Part shown: positions 36,885-51,156 of the stretch, piece after piece | How positions within the stretch are numbered: the first letter of the stretch is position 1 | Layout of the letters: each line of letters starts with the position of its first letter | From: the human T2T-CHM13v2.0 reference genome, Homo sapiens | DNA: 64,000 nucleotides | Direction: 5' to 3' (one strand) | NCBI RefSeq assembly: GCF_009914755.1 | Contig: NC_060928.1 | Notes under the pieces: generated by a model | Databases searched by the model: none | What the model was told of the DNA's origin: nothing | The model's input: the letters and a program-made list of their open reading frames with translations, nothing else | Program-made: the position numbers and the translations under genes

Positions 36885-39800
36885 ATTCTCAGAAACTTGT
36901 TTGTGATGTGTGTATTCAACTAACAGAGTTGAACTTTTGTTTTTACAGAGCCGTTTTAAAACACTCTTTTTGTGGAATCAGAAAGTGGATATTCGGATGG
37001 CTCTGAGGATTTCGTTGGAAGCGGGATTACATATAAAATCTAGAGAGAAGCATTCTCAGGAACTTCTTTGTGATGTTTGCATTGAAGTCACAGAATTGAA
37101 CATTCACTTTGATAGAGCAGGTTTGAAACACTCATTCTGTAGTATCTGGAAGTGGACATTTCAAGCGCTTTCAGGCCTATGGTGAGAAAGGAAATATCTT
37201 CGAATAAAAACTAGACAGAAGCATCCTCAGAAACTTATTTGTGATGTGTGTCCTCAACTAACAGAGTTGAAACTTTGTTTTGATACAGCATTTTGGAAAC
37301 ACTCTTTTTGTAGAATCTGCAGGTGGATATTTGGATAGCTTAGAGGGATTCGTTGGAAAGGGGATATCTTCATATAAAATCTAGACAGAAGCATTCTCAG
37401 AAACTTATTTGTGATGTGTGTCCTCAACTAACAGAGTTGAACCTTGGTTTTGATACAGCATTTTGGAAACGCTCCTTTTGTAGAATCTGCAGGTGGATAT
37501 GTGGATAGCTCTGAAGATTTCGTTGGAAACGGGAATTTCTTCATATAAAATCAAACAGAAGCATTCTCAGAAACTTCTCAGTGATGTTTGCATTCAGCTC
37601 ATGGAGTTGAACACTTCCTTTCATAGAGCCGGTTTGAAACACTCTTTCTGCACTACCTGGAAGAGGACATTTCGAGCGCTTTGAGTCCTATGGTGAAAAA
37701 GGAAATATCTTCTCATAAAAACCAGAAAGAAGCATTCTCAGAAACTACTTTGTGTTGTGTGTACTCATGTAACAGTGTTGAACCATCCTTTTGACAGAGC
37801 AGTTTTGAAACACTCTTTTTGTAGAATCTGCAAGTGGATATTTGGATAGCTTTGAGTATTTCGTTGGAAACGGGATGACATATAATCTCTAGAGAGAAGC
37901 ATACTCAGGAACTTCTTTGTGATGTTTGCATTCAAGTCACAGAATTGAACATTCCCTTTCATAGAGCAGGTTTGAAACACTCTTTCTCTAGTATCTGGAA
38001 GTGGGCATTTCAAGCGCTTTCAGGCCTATGGAGAGAAAGGAAATACCTTCAAATAAAAACTAGACAGAAGCATTCTCAGAAACTTATTTGTGATGTGTGT
38101 CCTCAACTAACAGAGTTGAACCTTTGTTTTGATACAGCATTTTGGAAACACTCCTTTTGTAGAATCTGCAGGTGGATATTTGGATAACTTTGAAGATTTC
38201 GTTGGAAACCGGAATATCTTCATATAAAATCAAGACAGAAGCATTCTCGGAAACATCTCTGTGATGTTTGCATTCAACTCAGTAGAGTTGAACACTTCCT
38301 TTCATAGAGCAGGTTTGAAACACTCTTTCTGCACTACCTGGAAGCGGACATTTCGAGCGCTTTGAGGCCTATGGTGAAAAAGGAAATATCTTCTCATAAA
38401 AACCAGAAAGAAGCATTCTCAGAAACTTCTTTGTGTTGTGTGTACTCAAGTAACAGTGTTGAACCTTCCTTTTGACACAGCAGTTTTGAAACACTCTTTT
38501 GGTAGAATCTGCAAGTGGATATTTGGATAGCTTTGAGGATTTCGTTGGAAACGGGTTATCTTCATATAAAATCCAGACAGGAGCATTCTCAGAAACTTCT
38601 TTGTGCTGCATGTCCTCAATTCACAGAGCTGAACCTTTGTTTGGATACAGCATTTTGGAAACATTCCTTTAGTAGAATCTGCAAGTTGATATTTAGATAG
38701 CTTTGAAGATTTCGTTGGAAACGGGAATATCTTCATAGAAAATCTAGACGGAAGCATTCTCAGAAACTGCTTTGTGATGTTTGCATTCAAGTCACAGAGT
38801 TGAATATTCCCTTTTATAGAGTAGGTTTGAAACACTCTTTCGGCACTACCTGGAAGTGGATATTTCGAGCTCTTTGAGGCCTATGGTTAAAAGGAAATAT
38901 CTTCCCATAAAAACTAGACAGAAGCCGTCTCAGAAACTTGTTTGTGATGTGTGTATTCAACTAACAGAGTTGAACATTTCTGTTACAGAGCAATTTTAAA
39001 ACACTCTTTTTGTGGAATCTGAAAGTGGATAATTGGATAGCTTTGTGGATTTCGTTGGAAACCGGATGACATATAAAATCTAGAGAGAAGCATTCTCAGG
39101 AACTTCTTTCTGATGTTTGCATTCAAGTCACCGAATTGAACATTCCTTTTCATAGTGCAGGTTTGAAACACTCTTTCTGTAGTATCTGGAAGTGGACATT
39201 TCAAGCGCTTTCAGGCCTACGGGGAGAAAGGAAATATCTTCAAATAAAAACTAGACAGAAGGATTCTCAGAAACTTATTTGTGATGTGTGTCCTAAACGA
39301 ACACAGTTGAACCTTTGTTTTGATACAGCATTTTGGAAACACTCCTTTTGTAGGATCTGCAGGTGGATATTTGGATAGATTTTAAGATTTCGTTGGAAAC
39401 GGGAGTTTCTTCATAGAAACTCAAGACAGATGCATTCTCAGAAACATCTCTGTGATGTTTGCATTCCACTCATAGAGTTGAAAACTTCCTTTCATTGAGC
39501 AGGTTTGAAACACTCTTTTTGTAATATTTGGAAGTGGACATTTGCAGCACTTTGAGGCCTATGGTGAAAAAGGAAATATCTTCTCATAAAAACCAGAAAC
39601 AAGCATTCTCAGAAACTTCTTTTTGATGTGTGTACTCAAGTAACAGAGTTGAACCTTCCTTTTGACACAGCAGTTTTGAAACAATCTTTTTGTAGAATCT
39701 GCAAGTGGATATTTGGATAGCTTTGAGGATTTCGTTGGAAACGGGATATCTTCATATAAAATCTAGACAGAAGCATTCTCAGAAACTTCTTTGTGCTGTA

Positions 39801-42800
39801 TGCCCTCAATTAACAGAGTTGAACCATTGGATACAGCATTTTGGAAACATTCCTTGAGTAGAATCTGCAAGTGGATATTTAGATAGATTTGAAGATTTCG
39901 TTGGAAAAGGGAATATCTCCATATAAAATCTAGAGGGAAGCATTCTCAGAAACTGCTTTGTGATGTTTCCATTCAAGTCACAGAGTTGAATATTCCCTTT
40001 TATAGAGCACGTTTGAAACACTCTTTCTGCACTATCTGGAAGTGGACATTTCGAGCGCTTTGAGGCCTATGGTGAAAAAGGAAATATCTTCCCATAAAAA
40101 CTAGACAGAAGCATTCTCAGAAACTTGTTTGTGATGTGTGTATTCAACTAACAGAGTTGAACTTTTGTTTTTACAGAGCCGTTTTAAAACACTCTTTTTG
40201 TGGAATCAGAAAGTGGATATTCGGATGGCTCTGAGGATTTCGTTGGAAGCGGGATTACATATAAAATCTAGAGAGAAGCATTCTCAGGAACTTCTTTGTG
40301 ATGTTTGCATTGAAGTCACAGAATTGAACATTCACTTTGATAGAGCAGGTTTGAAACACTCATTCTGTAGTATCTGGAACTGGACATTTCAAGCGCTTTC
40401 AGGCCTATGGTGAGAAAGGAAATATCTTCGAATAAAAACTAGACAGAAGCATCCTCAGAAACTTATTTGTGATGTGTGTCCTCAACTAACAGAGTTGAAA
40501 CTTTGTTTTGATACAGCATTTTGGAAACACTCTTTTTGTAGAATCTGCAGGTGGATATTTGGATAGCTTAGAGGGATTCGTTGGAAAGGGGATATCTTCA
40601 TATAAAATCTAGACAGAAGCATTCTCAGAAACTTATTTGTGATGTGTGTCCTCAACTAACAGAGTTGAACCTTGGTTTTGATACAGCATTTTGGAAACAC
40701 TCCTTTTGTAGAATCTGCAGGTGGATATGTGGATAGCTCTGAAGATTTCGTTGGAAACGGGAATTTCTTCATATAAAATCAAACAGAAGCATTCTCAGAA
40801 ACTTCTCAGTGATGTTTGCATTCAGCTCATGGAGTTGAACACTTCCTTTCATAGAGCCGGTTTGAAACACTCTTTCTGCACTACCTGGAAGAGGACATTT
40901 CGAGCGCTTTGAGTCCTATGGTGAAAAAGGAAATATCTTCTCATAAAAACCAGAAAGAAGCATTCTCAGAAACTACTTTGTGTTGTGTGTACTCATGTAA
41001 CAGTGTTGAACCATCCTTTTGACAGAGCAGTTTTGAAACACTCTTTTTGTAGAATCTGCAAGTGGATATTTGGATAGCTTTGAGGATTTCGTTGGAAACG
41101 GGATGACATATAATCTCTAGAGAGAAGCATACTCAGGAACTTCTTTGTGATGTTTGCATTCAAGTCACAGAATTGAACATTCCCTTTCATAGAGCAGGTT
41201 TGAAACACTCTTTCTCTAGTATCTGGAAGTGGGCATTTCAAGCGCTTTCAGGCCTATGGAGAGAAAGGAAATACCTTCAAATAAAAACTAGACAGAAGCA
41301 TTCTCAGAAACTTATTTGTGATGTGTGTCCTCAACTAACAGAGTTGAACCTTTGTTTTGATACAGCATTTTGGAAACACTCCTTTTGTAGAATCTGCAGG
41401 TGGATATTTGGACAACTTTGAAGATTTCGTTGGAAACCGGAATATCTTCATATAAAATCAAGACAGAAGCATTCTCGGAAACATCTCTGTGATGTTTGCA
41501 TTCAACTCAGTAGAGTTGAACACTTCCTTTCATAGAGCAGGTTTGAAACACTCTTTCTGCACTACCTGGAAGCGGACATTTCGAGCGCTTTGAGGCCTAT
41601 GGTGAAAAAGGAAATATCTTCTCATAAAAACCAGAAAGAAGCATTCTCAGAAACTTCTTTGTGTTGTGTGTACTCAAGTAACAGTGTTGAACCTTCCTTT
41701 TGACACAGCAGTTTTGAAACACTCTTTTGGTAGAATCTGCAAGTGGATATTTGGATAGCTTTGAGGATTTCGTTGGAAACGGGTTATCTTCATATAAAAT
41801 CCAGACAGGAGCATTCTCAGAAACTTCTTTGTGCTGCATGTCCTCAATTCACAGAGCTGAACCTTTGTTTGGATACAGCATTTTGGAAACATTCCTTTAG
41901 TAGAATCTGCAAGTTGATATTTAGATAGCTTTGAAGATTTCGTTGGAAACGGGAATATCTTCATAGAAAATCTAGACGGAAGCATTCTCAGAAACTGCTT
42001 TGTGATGTTTGCATTCAAGTCACAGAGTTGAATATTCCCTTTTATAGAGTAGGTTTGAAACACTCTTTCGGCACTACCTGGAAGTGGATATTTCGAGCTC
42101 TTTGAGGCCTATGGTTAAAAGGAAATATCTTCCCATAAAAACTAGACAGAAGCCGTCTCAGAAACTTGTTTGTGATGTGTGTATTCAACTAACAGAGTTG
42201 AACATTTCTGTTACAGAGCAATTTTAAAACACTCTTTTTGTGGAATCTGAAAGTGGATAATTGGATAGCTTTGTGGATTTCGTTGGAAACGGGATGACAT
42301 ATAAAATCTAGAGAGAAGCATTCTCAGGAACTTCTTTCTGATGTTTGCATTCAAGTCACAGAATTGAACATTCCTTTTCATAGTGCAGGTTTGAAACACT
42401 CTTTCTGTAGTATCTGGAAGTGGACATTTCAAGCGCTTTCAGGCCTACGGGGAGAAAGGAAATATCTTCAAATAAAAACTAGACAGAAGGATTCTCAGAA
42501 ACTTATTTGTGATGTGTGTCCTAAACGAACACAGTTGAACCTTTGTTTTGATACAGCATTTTGGAAACACTCCTTTTGTAGGATCTGCAGGTGGATATTT
42601 GGATAGATTTTAAGATTTCGTTGGAAACGGGAGTTTCTTCATAGAAACTCAAGACAGATGCATTCTCAGAAACATCTCTGTGATGTTTGCATTCCACTCA
42701 TAGAGTTGAAAACTTCCTTTCATAGAGCAGGTTTGAAACACTCTTTTTGTAATATTTGGAAGTGGACATTTGCAGCACTTTGAGGCCTATGGTGAAAAAG

Positions 42801-43340
42801 GAAATATCTTCTCATAAAAACCAGAAACAAGCATTCTCAGAAACTTCTTTTTGATGTGTGTACTCAAGTAACAGAGTTGAACCTTCCTTTTGACACAGCA
42901 GTTTTGAAACAATCTTTTTGTAGAATCTGCAAGTGGATATTTGGATAGCTTTGAGGATTTCGTTGGAAACGGGATATCTTCATATAAAATCTAGACAGAA
43001 GCATTCTCAGAAACTTCTTTGTGCTGTATGCCCTCAATTAACAGAGTTGAACCATTGGATACAGCATTTTGGAAACATTCCTTGAGTAGAATCTGCAAGT
43101 TGATATTTAGATAGATTTGAAGATTTCATTGGAAAAGGGAATATCTCCATATAAAATCTAGAGGGAAGCATTCTCAGAAACTGCTTTGTGATGTTTCCAT
43201 TCAAGTCACAGAGTTGAATATTCCCTTTTATAGAGCACGTTTGAAACACTCTTTCTGCACTATCTGGAAGTGGACATTTCGAGCGCTTTGAGGCCTATGG
43301 TGAAAAAGGAAATATCTTCCCATAAAAACTAGACAGAAGC
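36885..43340 (+). repeat. HOR units 12-13, two 3228-bp 19-mers with the 4-bp deletion (starts 36885, 40113)
   Basis: Marker spacing 3228; ccattggatac near 39825 and 43053. Confidence 0.95.
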
Positions 43341-46300
43341 ATTCTCAGAAACTTGTTTGTGATGTGTGTATTCAACTAACAGAGTTGAACTTTTGTTTTT
43401 ACAGAGCCGTTTTAAAACACTCTTTTTGTGGAATCAGAAAGTGGATATTCGGATGGCTCTGAGGATTTCGTTGGAAGCGGGATTACATATAAAATCTAGA
43501 GAGAAGCATTCTCAGGAACTTCTTTGTGATGTTTGCATTGAAGTCACAGAATTGAACATTCACTTTGATAGAGCAGGTTTGAAACACTCATTCTGTAGTA
43601 TCTGGAACTGGACATTTCAAGCGCTTTCAGGCCTATGGTGAGAAAGGAAATATCTTCGAATAAAAACTAGACAGAAGCATCCTCAGAAACTTATTTGTGA
43701 TGTGTGTCCTCAACTAACAGAGTTGAAACTTTGTTTTGATACAGCATTTTGGAAACACTCTTTTTGTAGAATCTGCAGGTGGATATTTGGATAGCTTAGA
43801 GGGATTCGTTGGAAAGGGGATATCTTCATATAAAATCTAGACAGAAGCATTCTCAGAAACTTATTTGTGATGTGTGTCCTCAACTAACAGAGTGGAACCT
43901 TGGTTTTGATACAGCATTTTGGAAACACTCCTTTTGTAGAATCTGCAGGTGGATATGTGGATAGCTCTGAAGATTTCGTTGGAAACGGGAATTTCTTCAT
44001 ATAAAATCAAACAGAAGCATTCTCAGAAACTTCTCAGTGATGTTTGCATTCAGCTCATGGAGTTGAACACTTCCTTTCATAGAACCGGTTTGAAACACTC
44101 TTTCTGCACTACCTGGAAGAGGACATTTCGAGCGCTTTGAGTCCTATGGTGAAAAAGGAAATATCTTCTCATAAAAACCAGAAAGAAGCATTCTCAGAAA
44201 CTTCTTTGTGTTGTGTGTACTCATGTAACAGTGTTGAACCATCCTTTTGACAGAGCAGTTTTGAAACACTCTTTTTGTAGAATCTGCAAGTGGATATTTG
44301 GATAGCTTTGAGGATTTCGTTGGAAACGGGATGACATATAATATCTAGAGAGAAGCATTCTCAGGAACTTCTTTGTGATGTTTGCATTCAAGTCACAGAA
44401 TTGAACATTCCCTTTCATAGAGCAGGTTTGAAACACTCTTTCTCTAGTATCTGGAAGTGGGCATTTCAAGCGCTTTCAGGCCTATGGAGAGAAAGGAAAT
44501 ACCTTCAAATAAAAACTAGACAGAAGCATTCTCAGAAACTTATTTGTGATGTGTGTCCTCAACTAACAGAGTTGAACCTTGGTTTTGATACAGCATTTTG
44601 GAAACGCTCCTTTTGTAGAATCTGCAGGTGGATATGTGGATAGCTCTGAAGATTTCGTTGGAAACGGGAATTTCTTCATATAAAATCAAACAGAAGCATT
44701 CTCAGAAACTTCTCAGTGATGTTTGCATTCAGCTCATGGAGTTGAACACTTCCTTTCATAGAACCGGTTTGAAACACTCTTTCTGCACTACCTGGAAGAG
44801 GACATTTCGAGCGCTTTGAGTCCTATGGTGAAAAAGGAAATATCTTCTCATAAAAACCAGAAAGAAGCATTCTCAGAAACTTCTTTGTGTTGTGTGTACT
44901 CATGTAACAGTGTTGAACCATCCTTTTGACAGAGCAGTTTTGAAACACTCTTTTTGTAGAATCTGCAAGTGGATATTTGGATAGCTTTGAGGATTTCGTT
45001 GGAAACGGGATGACATATAATATCTAGAGAGAAGCATTCTCAGGAACTTCTTTGTGATGTTTGCATTCAAGTCACAGAATTGAACATTCCCTTTCATAGA
45101 GCAGGTTTGAAACACTCTTTCTCTAGTATCTGGAAGTGGGCATTTCAAGCGCTTTCAGGCCTATGGAGAGAAAGGAAATACCTTCAAATAAAAACTAGAC
45201 AGAAGCATTCTCAGAAACTTATTTGTGATGTGTGTCCTCAACTAACAGAGTTGAACCTTTGTTTTGATACAGCATTTTGGAAACACTCCTTTTGTAGAAT
45301 CTGCAGGTGGATATTTGGATAACTTTGAAGATTTCGTTGGAAACCGGAATATCTTCATATAAAATCAAGACAGAAGCATTCTCGGAAACATCTCTGTGAT
45401 GTTTGCATTCAACTCAGTAGAGTTGAACACTTCCTTTCATAGAGCCGGTTTGAAACACTCTTTCTGCACTACCTGGAAGCGGACATTTCGAGCGCTTTGA
45501 GGCCTATGGTGAAAAAGGAAATATCTTCTCATAAAAACCAGAAAGAAGCATTCTCAGAAACTTCTTTGTGTTGTGTGTACTCAAGTAACAGTGTTGAACC
45601 TTCCTTTTGACACGGCAGTTTTGAAACACTCTTTTGGTAGAATCTGCAAGTGGATATTTGGATAGCTTTGAGGATTTCGTTGGAAACGGGTTATCTTCAT
45701 ATAAAATCCAGACAGGAGCATTCTCAGAAACTTCTTTGTGCTGCATGTCCTCAATTCACAGAGCTGAACCTTTGTTTGGATACAGCATTTTGGAAACATT
45801 CCTTTAGTAGAATCTGCAAGTTGATATTTAGATAGCTTTGAAGATTTCGTTGGAAACGGGAATATCTTCATAGAAAATCTAGACGGAAGCATTCTCAGAA
45901 ACTGCTTTGTGATGTTTGCATTCAAGTCACAGAGTTGAATATTCCCTTTTATAGAGTAGGTTTGAAACACTCTTTCGGCACTACCTGGAAGTGGATATTT
46001 CGAGCTCTTTGAGGCCTATGGTTAAAAGGAAATATCTTCCCATAAAAACTAGACAGAAGCCGTCTCAGAAACTTGTTTGTGATGTGTGTATTCAACTAAC
46101 AGAGTTGAACATTTCTGTTACAGAGCAATTTTAAAACACTCTTTTTGTGGAATCTGAAAGTGGATAATTGGATAGCTTTGTGGATTTCGTTGGAAACGGG
46201 ATGACATATAAAATCTAGAGAGAAGCATTCTCAGGAACTTCTTTCTGATGTTTGCATTCAAGTCACCGAATTGAACATTCCTTTTCATAGTGCAGGTTTG

Positions 46301-47247
46301 AAACACTCTTTCTGTAGTATCTGGAAGTGGACATTTCAAGCGCTTTCAGGCCTACGGGGAGAAAGGAAATATCTTCAAATAAAAACTAGACAGAAGGATT
46401 CTCAGAAACTTATTTGTGATGTGTGTCCTAAACGAACACAGTTGAACCTTTGTTTTGATACAGCATTTTGGAAACACTCCTTTTGTAGGATCTGCAGGTG
46501 GATATTTGGATAGATTTTAAGATTTCGTTGGAAACGGGAGTTTCTTCATAGAAACTCAAGACAGATGCATTCTCAGAAACATCTCTGTGATGTTTGCATT
46601 CCACTCATAGAGTTGAAAACTTCCTTTCATAGAGCAGGTTTGAAACACTCTTTTTGTAATATTTGGAAGTGGACATTTGCAGCACTTTGAGGCCTATGGT
46701 GAAAAAGGAAATATCTTCTCATAAAAACCAGAAACAAGCATTCTCAGAAACTTCTTTTTGATGTGTGTACTCAAGTAACAGAGTTGAACCTTCCTTTTGA
46801 CACAGCAGTTTTGAAACAATCTTTTTGTAGAATCTGCAAGTGGATATTTGGATAGCTTTGAGGATTTCGTTGGAAACGGGATATCTTCATATAAAATCTA
46901 GACAGAAGCATTCTCAGAAACTTCTTTGTGCTGTATGCCCTCAATTAACAGAGTTGAACCATTGGATACAGCATTTTGGAAACATTCCTTGAGTAGAATC
47001 TGCAAGTTGATATTTAGATAGATTTGAAGATTTCATTGGAAAAGGGAATATCTCCATATAAAATCTAGAGGGAAGCATTCTCAGAAACTGCTTTGTGATG
47101 TTTCCATTCAAGTCACAGAGTTGAATATTCCCTTTTATAGAGCACGTTTGAAACACTCTTTCTGCACTATCTGGAAGTGGACATTTCGAGCGCTTTGAGG
47201 CCTATGGTGAAAAAGGAAATATCTTCCCATAAAAACTAGACAGAAGC
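43341..47247 (+). repeat. HOR unit 14, 23-mer with 4-bp deletion (3907 bp)
   Basis: M4-M7 duplicated; ccattggatac near 46960. Confidence 0.95.
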
Positions 47248-50200
47248 ATTCTCAGAAACTTGTTTGTGATGTGTGTATTCAACTAACAGAGTTGAACTTT
47301 TGTTTTTACAGAGCCGTTTTAAAACACTCTTTTTGTGGAATCAGAAAGTGGATATTCGGATGGCTCTGAGGATTTCGTTGGAAGCGGGATTACATATAAA
47401 ATCTAGAGAGAAGCATTCTCAGGAACTTCTTTGTGATGTTTGCATTGAAGTCACAGAATTGAACATTCACTTTGATAGAGCAGGTTTGAAACACTCATTC
47501 TGTAGTATCTGGAACTGGACATTTCAAGCGCTTTCAGGCCTATGGTGAGAAAGGAAATATCTTCGAATAAAAACTAGACAGAAGCATCCTCAGAAACTTA
47601 TTTGTGATGTGTGTCCTCAACTAACAGAGTTGAAACTTTGTTTTGATACAGCATTTTGGAAACACTCTTTTTGTAGAATCTGCAGGTGGATATTTGGATA
47701 GCTTAGAGGGATTCGTTGGAAAGGGGATATCTTCATATAAAATCTAGACAGAAGCATTCTCAGAAACTTATTTGTGATGTGTGTCCTCAACTAACAGAGT
47801 TGAACCTTGGTTTTGATACAACATTTTGGAAACACTCCTTTTGTAGAATCTGCAGGTGGATATGTGGATAGCTCTGAAGATTTCGTTGGAAACGGGAATT
47901 TCTTCATATAAAATCAAACAGAAGCATTCTCAGAAACTTCTCAGTGATGTTTGCATTCAGCTCATGGAGTTGAACACTTCCTTTCATAGAACCGGTTTGA
48001 AACACTCTTTCTGCACTACCTGGAAGAGGACATTTCGAGCGCTTTGAGTCCTATGGTGAAAAAGGAAATATCTTCTCATAAAAACCAGAAAGAAGCATTC
48101 TCAGAAACTTCTTTGTGTTGTGTGTACTCATGTAACAGTGTTGAACCATCCTTTTGACAGAGCAGTTTTGAAACACTCTTTGTAGAATCTGCAAGTGGAT
48201 ATTTGGATAGCTTTGAGGATTTCGTTGGAAACGGGATGACATATAATATCTAGAGAGAAGCATTCTCAGGAACTTCTTTGTGATGTTTGCATTCAAGTCA
48301 CATAATTGAACATTCCCTTTCATAGAGCAGGTTTGAAACACTCTTTCTCTAGTATCTGGAAGTGGGCATTTCAAGCGCTTTCAGGCCTATGGAGAGAAAG
48401 GAAATACCTTCAAATAAAAACTAGACAGAAGCATTCTCAGAAACTTATTTGTGATGTGTGTCCTCAACTAACAGAGTTGAACCTTGGTTTTGATACAGCA
48501 TTTTGGAAACGCTCCTTTTGTAGAATCTGCAGGTGGATATGTGGATAGCTCTGAAGATTTCGTTGGAAACGGGAATTTCTTCATATAAAATCAAACAGAA
48601 GCATTCTCAGAAACTTCTCAGTGATGTTTGCATTCAGCTCATGGAGTTGGACACTTCCTTTCATAGAACCGGTTTGAAACACTCTTTCTGCACTACCTGG
48701 AAGAGGACATTTCGAGCGCTTTGAGTCCTATGGTGAAAAAGGAAATATCTTCTCATAAAAACCAGAAAGAAGCATTCTCAGAAACTTCTTTGTGTTGTGT
48801 GTACTCATGTAACAGTGTTGAACCATCCTTTTGACAGAGCAGTTTTGAAACACTCTTTTTGTAGAATCTGCAAGTGGATATTTGGATAGCTTTGAGGATT
48901 TCGTTGGAAACGGGATGACATATAATATCTAGAGAGAAGCATTCTCAGGAACTTCTTTGTGATGTTTGCATTCAAGTCACAGAATTGAACATTCCCTTTC
49001 ATAGAGCAGGTTTGAAACACTCTTTCTCTAGTATCTGGAAGTGGGCATTTCAAGCGCTTTCAGGCCTATGGAGAGAAAGGAAATACCTTCAAATAAAAAC
49101 TAGACAGAAGCATTCTCAGAAACTTATTTGTGATGTGTGTCCTCAACTAACAGAGTTGAACCTTTGTTTTGATACAGCATTTTGGAAACACTCCTTTTGT
49201 AGAATCTGCAGGTGGATATTTGGATAACTTTGAAGATTTCATTGGAAACCGGAATATCTTCATATAAAATCAAGACAGAAGCATTCTCGGAAACATCTCT
49301 GTGATGTTTGCATTCAACTCAGTAGAGTTGAACACTTCCTTTCATAGAGCCGTTTTGAAACACTCTTTCTGCACTACCTGGAAGCGGACATTTCGAGCGC
49401 TTTGAGGCCTATGGTGAAAAAGGAAATATCTTCTCATAAAAACCAGAAAGAAGCATTCTCAGAAACTTCTTTGTGTTGTGTGTACTCAAGTAACAGTGTT
49501 GAACCTTCCTTTTGACACAGCAGTTTTGAAACACTCTTTTGGTAGAATCTGCAAGTGGATATTTGGATAGCTTTGAGGATTTCGTTGGAAACGGGTTATC
49601 TTCATATAAAATCCAGACAGGAGCATTCTCAGAAACTTCTTTGTGCTGCATGTCCTCAATTCACAGAGCTGAACCTTTGTTTGGATACAGCATTTTGGAA
49701 ACATTCCTTTAGTAGAATCTGCAAGTTGATATTTAGATAGCTTTGAAGATTTCGTTGGAAACGGGAATATCTTCATAGAAAATCTAGACGGAAGCATTCT
49801 CAGAAACTGCTTTGTGATGTTTGCATTCAAGTCACAGAGTTGAATATTCCCTTTTATAGAGTAGGATTGAAACACTCTTTTGGCACTACCTGGAAGTGGA
49901 TATTTCGAGCTCTTTGAGGCCTATGGTTAAAAGGAAATATCTTCCCATAAAAACTAGACAGAAGCCGTCTCAGAAACTTGTTTGTGATGTGTGTATTCAA
50001 CTAACAGAGTTGAACATTTCTGTTACAGAGCAATTTTAAAACACTCTTTTTGTGGAATCTGAAAGTGGATAATTGGATAGCTTTGTGGATTTCGTTGGAA
50101 ACGGGATGACGTATAAAATCTAGAGAGAAGCATTCTCAGGAACTTCTTTGTGATGTTTGCATTCAAGTCACAGAATTGAACATTCCCTTTCATAGAGCAG

Positions 50201-51156
50201 GTTTGAAACACTCTTTCTCTAGTATCTGGAAGTCGGCATTTCAAGCGCTTTCAGGCCTATGGAGAGAAAGGAAATACCTTCAAATAAAAACTAGGCAGAA
50301 GCATTCTCAGAAACTTATTTGTGATGTGTGTCCTCAACTAACAGAGTTGAACCTTTGTTTTGATACAGCATTTTGGAAACACTCCTTTTGTAGGATCTGC
50401 AGGTGGATATTTGGATAGATTTTAAGATTTCGTTGGAAACGGGAGTTTCTTCATAGAAACTCAAGACAGATGCATTCTCAGAAACATCTCTGTGATGTTT
50501 GCATTCCACTCATAGATTTGAAAACTTCCTTTCATAGAGCAGGTTTGAAACACTCTTTTTGTAATATTTGGAAGTGGACATTTGCAGCGCTTTGAGGCCT
50601 ATGGTGAAAAAGGAAATATCTTCTCATAAAAACCAGAAACAAGCATTCTCAGAAACTTCTTTTTGATGTGTGTACTCAAGTAACAGAGTTGAACCTTCCT
50701 TTTGACACAGCAGTTTTGAAACAATCTTTTTGTAGAATCTGCAAGTGGATATTTGGATAGCTTTGAGGATTTCGTTGGAAACGGGATATCTTCATATAAA
50801 ATCTAGACAGAAGCATTCTCAGAAACTTCTTTGTGCTGTATGTCCTCAATTAACAGAGTTGAACCATTGCTTGGATACAGCATTTTGGAAACATTCCTTG
50901 AGTAGAATCTGCAAGTTGATATTTAGATAGATTTGAAGATTTCGTTGGAAAAGGCAATATCTCCATATAAAATCTAGAGGGAAGCATTCTCAGAAACTGC
51001 TTTGTGATGTTTCCATTCAAGTCACAGAGTTGAATATTCCCTTTTATAGAGCACGTTTGAAACACTCTTTCTGCACTATCTGGAAGTGGACATTTCGAGC
51101 GCTTTGAGGCCTATGGTGAAAAAGGAAATATCTTCCCATAAAAACTAGACAGAAGC
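47248..51156 (+). repeat. HOR unit 15, 23-mer with 2-bp T-run deletion (3909 bp)
   Basis: cactctttgtag instead of cactctttttgtag near 48180. Confidence 0.95.

Noticed and set aside
48051-48374. Longer 107-aa ORF found only in units 15 and 17
   Set aside because: It is a by-product of the 2-bp T-run deletion fusing two spurious frames.
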